Assembly: GCF_006345805.1 (NCBI RefSeq)
Contig: NC_043020.1
Coordinates: 4,898,001 to 4,962,000, forward strand
Length of the DNA stretch: 64,000 nucleotides
Reading direction: 5' to 3'
DNA from: Octopus sinensis
Lineage: Eukaryota
The notes below the pieces were generated by a model. That model was not told the origin of the DNA. It saw only the letters and a list, made by a program, of their open reading frames with translations, and made no database searches. The translations under genes and the position numbers were made by a program. This document shows positions 55,540-64,000 of this stretch, in pieces (within the stretch, counting starts at the first letter, position 1; each line of letters begins with the position of its first letter).

Positions 55540-57310
55540 TCAAGGTACAAGTAGGGGTCCACCAAGGATCAGTTACCAGCTCCCTCTTATTCATCATAGT
55601 CCTCCAGGCAATAACAGAAGAATTTCAGACAGGCTGCCACTGGGAGCTCCTCTATGCTGATGACCATGTTCTTGTAGCTGAATCACTATCAGAACTAGAG
55701 AAGACATTCCAGGTATGGAAGCAAGGTCTAGAATTGAAAGGTCTTAGTAAATAAGAAGGCAGACAAATCACAAATCCCTTCAGGTAGATGGCCCTGCTTG
55801 ATCTGTAGAAAAGATTTACCTGGTGTAAGCTATGGCCACATAAGAGGTGCAGCAATATCAGAGTAAGGTTAACAGGGAGAATAGCGTTTTGTGTGGAAGA
55901 TACATTGAGAATGTACAGAAAAGAGATGCCATCAAAAGGCAGGAGGGTAAGCTAGAGGTAGCAGACAGCTTCTGTTAGCTAGGTGGCCAAGTTAGTAGTA
56001 GAGGTGGGTGCTCCGAGAGCGTAGCAGTCAGAATAAGAATGGGTTGGGCAAAGTCCAGAGAGTTCCTACCTCTGCTGGTAACAAAGGGCTTCTCCCTTGG
56101 AGTGAAAGGCAGATTGTATGATGCCTGTGTGTGAACAGCTATGCTACATGGTAGCGAAACATGGGCTCTGACAGCCGAGGACATGTGTTGCATTGAAAAG
56201 AAATGAAGCCAGTAGGCTTCAATGGATGAACAATGTCAGTGTGCATGTTTCACAGAGTGTAAACATCTTGGATCTTTTCAGTTTGACAGGCAGTTTTTTC
56301 TAGCGGTGTCATATGAAATTGTCACCCATAATTATGACCCTAGAATCTATTGCATTTCAATCTCTTTTAGGGTTAGGGTTAGTTAGAGTTGGTTAGGGTA
56401 AGGGTATCTTTTTTTCTTCACAAATGTAAATAAACCCAATCTGTTTCTTAAACGAGGGACATATTCATACAGCACAGAATGTTTTTTAACTCAATAGATG
56501 TATTTGATTGGTTGAAATTGCAGAAATTGAAGAAAAAAAAACAACAAATATCTTACGAACTATAGAATTTTCTCTATAAAGCCAAGAGAAAAAGATGTTT
56601 TATAAACACATTCTACCAGTATACGAAGTTTAAAATTTTTTAGTTACCTAGAAATTATGTTAAAAACTGCTATTCAAACCGAAAAGATCCAACGTCTTGA
56701 GGGAGAAGTTGGGCATAAGAGGCATCAGATGTGGTGTACAAGAGAGACGACTGTGCTGGTATGGTCATGTGAAGCATATGGATGAGGACAGCTGTGTAAA
56801 GAAGTGCCAATCTCTAACTGTGAAGGGAACCTGTGTTAGAGGTAGACCCAGGAAGACGTGACGAGGTGGTGAAGCATGCTCTTCAAACTTTGGGCCTCAC
56901 AAAGGCAATGACTAGTGACCAAGATCTTTGTCAATATGCTGTGCTTGAGAAGACCGGTCAAGCCAAGTGAAATCGTTGTGGATGATGCTGGTATCACATA
57001 ACAGGCACCTGTGCCAGTACCAAGTAGAATGCATCTTTCAAGCATTGGGCCTCACGGAGGCAAAGTGGTTGATGCCAGTGGCATGTGAATAGTTCCTTTC
57101 GAGCGTTGGGCCTCACAGAAGCAATGACCAAGACCTTTGGCATTATGCTGTGCTTGAAGAAGATTGACAAAGCCAAGTAAAATAGCAGTCATGGCAGATG
57201 CTGGTGCCACACAAATGGCACCTGTGCTGATGGCACGTAAAAGCACCCATTACACTCTCAGAGTGGTTGGCGTTCAGAAGGACATCCAGCTGTAGAAACC
57301 ATGCCAAATG
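55540..57310 (+). mobile_element. RTE LINE 3' half plus 3' UTR, interrupted by a MITE
   Basis: KVQVGVHQGS, LLYADD-like, YDACV*TAMLHGSETWAL and WYGHVKHMDE pieces; repeated 3' UTR units at 56890-57185. Confidence 0.85.
56270..56690. mobile_element. Second Merlin-like MITE copy (plus a fragment at ~55459-55530)
   Basis: Same TIRs; TSD aacatctt/aacgtctt (8 bp, 1 mismatch); internal ttagggttagggttag. Confidence 0.85.
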
Positions 57311-57319
57311 TATAAATAT

Positions 57320-57950
57320 ACTAGCATTAAAGACCCATCTTTGCCGGGTCATAGTGCTAGTGCATGTATATATGTGTATATATATGTGTACATATTACAT
57401 GTACATCTACACATAAAATACAAAGTTATATCTTGATATCGCTAGTGATAACAATACTGAAAATATATAACAAACTGGAATTGTAGGACTATTCCATTTC
57501 AACACGCTAATTTTATTTTTAATTTATTCCCATTCATGTGAAACCACTTATTCAAGTTCAAGTCATTGATGCAATTTTATACCAATTGCTATTTTTACTT
57601 TTGTTATGTTACGATTATATTATACTTAAGTTTGATTTTAATTATTACTTACTACATATAATTCAATTGTTATTATTATTTTTATTGTTAAAGTGAAAGT
57701 ATCTGATATAAAATAGAGAAATGTTTTTGTTTCACTTTTAACACATAATACTGAAATAGTGGAGAAGATATGATATTGCTATGGGCTCGCCCTAGGCAAG
57801 AAGTTGAACATTTTTTTCTTCCCATGAAACTACATGGACCCTAAGTAAGGCATGTGTAAAATTTGAATGAAATTGGTTGTGTAGTTCTCAAGTTTTAAGG
57901 AAACACACAGACAGACACACATTCTCAGTTTTATATATAGAGAGATGTGT
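57320..57950 (+). mobile_element. Non-autonomous Helitron-like element (tentative)
   Basis: Terminal palindrome actagca...gtcatagtgctagt and a distal block aaatttgaatgaaattggttg...cacacagacagacacac...tatatag resembling Helitron-derived elements. Confidence 0.4.
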
Positions 57951-58120
57951 GTGTACATATATACATACATATATGAGTGTGCGTGTGTGTGTGTACAAGT
58001 ATCTACAAAAGTCACACATTTACGTATGTAAGTATACATGCACGCACACACACACATGTAATGTTTACTATCTCAGTATAAAATATGGAATGTTTCAAGA
58101 ACCAAAGTCCACTCGCTCAC

Positions 58121-58167
58121 CTGTACGGCCTTCCGATCCTCAGTGACATCTTTGTTTCCTTCAAACG
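58121..58167 (-). CDS. Probable 47-nt internal exon of an unidentified host gene
   Basis: Acceptor ttgtttgttttgttccAG and donor CAG|GTGAGC; open as xFEGNKDVTEDRKAVQ or RLKETKMSLRIGRPYx; keeps CpGs in a CpG-poor neighbourhood. Confidence 0.55.
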
Positions 58168-59323
58168 CTGGAACAAAACAAACAACACATTACACTTTTT
58201 ATAGCCTCGTTCGGTTACTGTTTGTGTAACACTACTTTTATATGTTTCCTATTTGGAAATAGATAATAAATATATTTTACTTTTGAAGTAGGGATACATA
58301 TTGATAAACCCGTCACTTACTTATAAGTGTTATCCTTATACATAAATCCTGACTCCAGCTACATAAACACCATAGTGAGAAATATATACTCTGAAACGCA
58401 AACGGACACTTTATGCGTGCATGTATGTTGAAGATAAATAAATTCGTGTTCTTTTAACTGCTATAAAAAATACACAGTTTCATAATTGCAGAAACAAATT
58501 TCATTAGCAAGTTGAAAAACGTGAAGAAAGAGAAAATAATCACTACATTATTTTATTTATGTACATTTAGCATTTTTAATACAATTTGAAAGTAAAGTAA
58601 TTTCGTCACAGAGAATTACGACTTAAAATTCACACTAGCTAATCCTTTGTACTAACTACTAGAGTTCACAACAATTCAAATAAGTCTTGTTGGATTTTTA
58701 TCATAGACATGGCATAAAAAATAGCCAATATCTCGAGAGAGTGTCGTAGAGCTTAGTACATCCAACTATCACTATTGTGAGTGTCGTGGGGTTTAGTAAA
58801 ATCCTACGAACACTGAGTAATTTCCCAAAAATCAGGGTTTTTATAACTGCTCATATCCGAATTCTAAGAACTGTATTTTGTGAAATTTCTTTGATGAAAG
58901 TTTAGAATTTGTATATAGGCAGTAATTTTAACCAATGGGATTACCAACAACTATGTCTGTTTGGGCAAATGGACATTAATTCATATTGCCGCCTTTTATG
59001 ACTTGCTACACCATCATCATCATCATCAACATCAACGTAATCACCTGCACTGCCATGTCACACACATGCTCGCTCACAAACACACACACACATACAAAAA
59101 CATAGTGTGTGTGTGTGTGTATCAAATCATCATGATTTAAAATCCATTACCTATACTGGCATTTGCAGGACAGTCTGAGAGTAGCCGGTGAGTCACACTG
59201 CTGCATCGGGCAGCAGTGTCAGATTTGGCCGGATTTCAACACCTCTGTGCCCTCCCTGAGAACAACCATTTTACACTGAGTGTGTACCAGATGTCATTTC
59301 TTTTTGTGTACACCAGCTTTAAT

Positions 59324-59490
59324 AATGGTTTCACATTTTGGTACCAGGCCAGCAATTTGGAGGGAGACACTGCCTTGGCAATGGTTTCACATTTTGGCAC
59401 AAAGCCAGCAATTTTGAAGGAGACACTGCCTTGACAATGGTTTCACATTTTGGCACAAGGCCAGCAATTTTGAGGGAGACACCGCCTTGG
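59324..59490. repeat. 56-bp minisatellite, 3 units
   Basis: aatggtttcacattttgg starts at 59324, 59380 and 59436. Confidence 0.92.
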
Positions 59491-60082
59491 GGTTGTCAGG
59501 TACTTATGTCATCGCCATCATCATTTCATACCCGTTTTCTATGCTGGCATGGGCTGGACAGTCTGACAGGGTCTGACATGAGGGGCTGCAAAGCTGTATC
59601 ATACCCTAATGTCATATAACCTAATTTTAACGTGTGTAAGAAACCCTTTTTTTGTCAAAATTAGGTTAAAAAAATATGGGACTTACTTATACATGGATAG
59701 TATTATAATCCCTTAAAAAACCTTTTTACCAAATCTTAAGCCCCACCTTAGGCTGACCAAAGCCTTGTGAATAAATTTGGTAGATGGAAACTGAAAGAAG
59801 CCCAACATATATGTATGTATGTCTGTGTGTCAGTGTTTGTCCTCCATCACCACTTGACAACCTGTGTTGGTGTGTCTACATCTCTGTAACTTAGGTTCAA
59901 GCCTGAGAGGCAGCCAATGATTTTGTTCTATCCAACCCAATATTAATATGGTATTATTTATAGGTTTATATGTATGCTTCGAGATCCAGTTCCATATAAA
60001 ATTATTTCACATTCTCTCAAACACTTAAAATTCTAATGACACCAACATATATATATGTAATAATACTCTTCCAGTACTGTTC

Positions 60083-61120
60083 TGACCTCATCTACAGAAT
60101 TCATATTTTTTCCGTCCAAATGATTCTGAAGACTGCTGAATAAATGATAATCAGATGGGGCGACGTCCAGCAAATATGGTGGGTGGGGCATCATTTCCCA
60201 TTCAAACTGCTCCAGCCTTTAGAATGTCATCGTCACTGTATATGGCCGAGCATTATCCTGATGGAAGAACACCTTTCGTCTTCAAACCAAAGATGGTCGT
60301 TTTTCTTCTAGTGCTGACTTAAGCAACTCAAGCTGCTCACAGTAGATCTCCCTTGTTATCATTTGGTTCAAAAGTTCAAAGTGGATTAAACCTTTCACAT
60401 CCCACCAAACAAATAACAACACCTTACAAGGGTGAAGACCTTCTTTAACCAGTGTTTCTCCTTTCCCTACCCACTGTCTTCGGCGCTTGACATTTTTGAA
60501 GAGAGCCCATTTCTCGTCACCAGTCACTCTTCAGTCCAAAAATGGTTCAGTGATGAGATGTGACAGCAAAGAAGAGCACACATTCACTCTCTGCACGCGA
60601 TTAGACTCGGAAATTTTGTGAGGAACCCATTGACTGAATTTGCTGACTTTTTTGAAGGCACACAGGTGTCGATGAATGGTTGAATGACCAAATCCAAGCT
60701 TCTCTGCTAGTTCTTCAACAATTACAACAGGATTTTGTTCCACCAGGTTTTGCAGGACATCCTCGCCAACCTCTACAGATCTTTCAGGGTGAGGCTCGTT
60801 TTCTAGGCTGTAGTTTCCATCTCAGAATTTCTGGAACCACTGTTGACACTGGATTACACTTGTCCGATCGCTGTATGCTGCATTAACATTCCTTGCACTT
60901 TCTGTTGCATTGTTTGCCTTTATTGAACTCATAAAGCAAAATATGCCGAATATGTTCCTTTGTCAATTCCATTATAGCTTTGAAAAAATAACTGAACTCT
61001 TCAAAACTTGCACAAAGAATAAGTACATGGTAAAATTACAACCTGCTTTTGTTATCCTGTCTCCCGCCAACTTTTAGTTCATGCAACTGAAAAGACAGCA
61101 TTATTTACAAGATGACGCTA
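60083..61120 (-). mobile_element. Second copy of the mariner family at 42171
   Basis: Colinear; TGDEKW motif; one TIR at ~61095-61120. Confidence 0.88.
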
Positions 61121-61126
61121 CATATA

Positions 61127-61521
61127 TTCTTTTACTTGTTTCAGTCATTTGACTGCGGCCATGCTGGAGCACCGCCTCTAGTCGAGCAACTCGACCCCGG
61201 GAATTATTCTCTGTAAGCGCAGTACTTATTCTATCGGTCACTTTTGCCGAACCGCTAAGTGACGGGGACGTAAACACACCAGCATCGGTTGTCAAGCAAT
61301 GCTAGGGGGACAAACACAGACACACAAATATACACGCACACATACATATATATACATAGATGCGATGGGCTTCTTTCAGTTTCTGTCTACCAGATCCACT
61401 CACAAGGCTTTGGTCGGCCCGAGGCTATAGTAGAAGACACTTGCACAAGGTGCCACGCAGTGGGATTGAACCCGGAACTATGTGGTTGGTAAGCAAGCTA
61501 CTTACCACACAGCCACTCCTG
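61127..61521 (-). mobile_element. SINE family A
   Basis: Full length. Confidence 0.9.
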
Positions 61522-61569
<48 letters not shown>

Positions 61570-62299
61570 CTCCTTTCATCCTTTTACTTGTTTTAGTCAT
61601 TAGACTGTGGCCGTGCTGGAAGAATTTTAGTCAGATGAATTTACTCCAGGAATTAATTTTAAGCCTGGTACTTATTCTATCAGTCCCTTAAGCTGACCCA
61701 CTGGCTTACAGAGATGTAAACACACCAACACCGGTTGCACAAACACCCACAGGCACACGTGTGTATGTATATATGTGCATGCATTTAAGTGTAGGCAGAT
61801 ATCTGCCTAACTACTTACCCGGCTAGCTTTCGTTTCATTTTCATTCAGTCTAGAAACATGCCAACAACTACCCAGGAATTTACCTTGGCCTTATCAAGTG
61901 AAGGAGAATGCTATTCAACTGTCCACGTGTGCTTGTTCATGTGTGTGGGTGTGTTTGTGTGTATGAAGGAATCAGCTTGTTTCCTCTCTCTCTGTCTGAA
62001 CCCTTCCCTGTTGGTGGTACCCTACATTATACCCTCAATCCTCCTCTTCCTGGACAAACGCAACCAGTTTTAGCTGACTCCCTCCTAACCTAACATTGGA
62101 ATATCCATATTTTTGCTACACAACTTAAATCTACACCATTCGATGACCATAATGCTTATACTTACAACACTGCTAACACCAGCTCCTACCTCCAGTGTAT
62201 TGTGTTATTGTGGTTTTGAAACATAGGAGGAAAACTGTTACTAAAGTTTTCAAATTATGTCTGTGTATCTGATTGCTTTTTTTCTGTGGAGAAATTGAG

Positions 62300-62660
62300 T
62301 GTTTTTCTTCTTTTTAAAGGATATTTAGTTGTGGTTTATATTTTTAATGATATGCTTTCCTTATTCAATTGGAATTGGGTTGAAGTGTTTCCAGTGCATT
62401 GATAGAGAGAGACGATTTGGTATTTTGGGTTTATGTTTGCAGGGCATTGGTCTAAGTGTTTGCTTATGGGAATTTTCCTGGTCATGGGGTCCCAGATTTG
62501 TTGCTTGTATACCGTCAGTCTGTCCCTCAAGGTCAAACTAGTCTGACCTATGTAGTCTCCATCACACCCACCATATTTGAGGACATAGAGTAAGTTCTTC
62601 AAAGCACAGGTGCTGTTTTTGTCTATTTTCTTGATATTTTGTGGTGGGGAAACTAATAGT
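62300..62660 (-). mobile_element. Penelope-like GIY-YIG endonuclease fragment
   Basis: LLYVLKYGGCDGDYIGQTSLTLRDRLTVYKQQI...ISKHLDQC. Confidence 0.85.
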
Positions 62661-63366
62661 AAATATTTTAAAACTAAAAAAAAACTAAGAAAAAATACCA
62701 AAACAGCCTGTTTATTTTTCTTGCAGGGGAGATAAGCATGCAAGTTGACATTGAGAACTTAGCCAGTTCTGACAGTAAAGGAAAAGAGTGCTTAAGTGAG
62801 ATGTGTAATGTACTGAAGTCATGGCTCTGCAGCATCAAACGGCCAGACAACTCTTCTGAAGCTTATGAAGAGTTTGTGAGACAATTTGATGGCACATACG
62901 TGCGCATTATAAAGTTGTGTTTGTCTCAGTAGAGAGATAGAGAAAGAGAGAGTGCAGGTAATATGTAGAGAACAGCACAGTGAGGAGGAGGGTCTGGGAG
63001 AATAGACACAGTTAATGGTGGTGGGAGAAAGGATATCCGGTGTACCTCAATATTTAATTATGTCTGGTTTAGTAACCGATAATTGTACACAATATCTGAA
63101 GATCACTAATTCATAATCCAATTAAGGCTCAGGCTTTTTAAATAATATACTTTGAATTAAAAGATCTAGTAGTCTCAATTTGAATTTCAAACCTAGGGTC
63201 AGGATAAGGTCAACCCCATAGCAGTTTTTATAGCAATTCAGGATTCCAAATCCCTCACTCACATTCTTTGCACGCAAAAACTATAGTAACCTAAGAAAAT
63301 AATGCTAGCTAAGCCTACATACACTTAGTTCATTTTGAACCATATCTGTGGATGGACCTTGCTTAA

Positions 63367-63913
63367 CCCTATTTATTTTGAGATGATGTGCTTCTTTTAA
63401 TTACTTTAAATATAATAAATAATTTAGTAAAATAACTTAATTATCATTCAGCTCGTGTTAGGAACATAAATTGTGACTAAGGTTTGGTGGAAGATTTTAA
63501 TTCAGAACTTTTGAAAACAAGACATTTGTACTACAGAGCCAGATTCAGCCGGGTTGGTAACGAAAGGGTTAAGAGAAGCTATTTAAGAAAGGAAGAATGA
63601 TTTTATTGCTGTTGAAGTCATCTTCACCTTTCATATCTTCAACATCAATATTAATGGGACCTGTGGAGATTCCACAGAGTGAAAAAGATTAACCCTTTTG
63701 TTACCATATTTCTGTTGAGATGCTCTGTGTTTCTTTCGATTGATTTTAAATGTGACAAAGAATTTAGTAAAATAACTTAGTTATTATTAAGCTAGTGTTA
63801 GGAACATAAATTGTGACTAAGGTTTGGTGGAAGATTTTAATTCAAAACTTATGAAAACAAGACATTTGTACTCAGAGCCAGAGGTGGGTTCAGCCGGGTT
63901 GGTATCAAAAGGG
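63367..63913. mobile_element. Two related piggyBac-like MITEs (63367-63568, 63693-63913)
   Basis: TTAA|CCCT...AGGG|TTAA ends and a shared internal block gttaggaacataaattgtgactaaggtttggtggaag. Confidence 0.75.
63628..63660 (-). CDS. Possible 33-nt exon (GPINIDVEDMK)
   Basis: Acceptor tctccacAG and donor AG|GTGAAG; phase-compatible with the 58121-58167 exon; weak. Confidence 0.3.
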
Positions 63914-64000
63914 TTAAAGTTGCAGACTAATAATCAGTTGAAAGTAACTAGATGCAAATGCAATTGCTCGATGTCTATGCACCAGAAATGTGTTGGATAA

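Noticed and set aside
61819-61910. Two minus-strand donor-like sites (GG|GTAAGT, AAG|GTAAAT)
   Set aside because: The implied intron between them is only about 35 nt and the frames conflict; neither can be supported.
62727-62932. Plus-strand acceptor and 64-aa ORF (MQVDIENLAS...)
   Set aside because: No recognisable domain or convincing donor; it abuts a Penelope fragment and is antisense to the better exon candidate.

Overview
AT-rich, microsatellite-saturated eukaryotic DNA. The SINE families and repeat landscape point to an octopus genome; this is inferred from recognised repeat families, with no database search. No complete host gene is visible, and almost all ORFs in the supplied track are translations of simple repeats. 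The window holds tRNA-derived SINEs (at least 3 families, over 30 copies), decayed autonomous elements (two Penelope-like, RTE LINE pieces, a Tx1/L1-like RT, R4/Dong-clade 3' ends, mariner/Tc1 fossils), MITEs (Merlin-like with 8-bp TSD, piggyBac-like TTAA, Helitron-like), a ~1.9-kb tandem duplication and one 100-N gap. One probable small host exon lies on the minus strand near 58.1 kb. Two signals stand out. (1) Short Penelope-type terminal fragments, three of them fold-back palindromes, each fold into a minimal type I hammerhead ribozyme with a palindromic stem III, but each family has a different core: CUGAUGA, GUGAACA (G3:C8 swap), UUGAUAA (U3:A8, A13C) and CUGUAGA (A6U). (2) A ~41-bp-periodic array at 13.17-13.38 kb retains an E-box plus a CCAATT-like motif at fixed 9-bp spacing while the spacers have diverged. 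All structures were folded by eye and are untested. Coordinates of degenerate repeats are approximate (about 10-20 bp).
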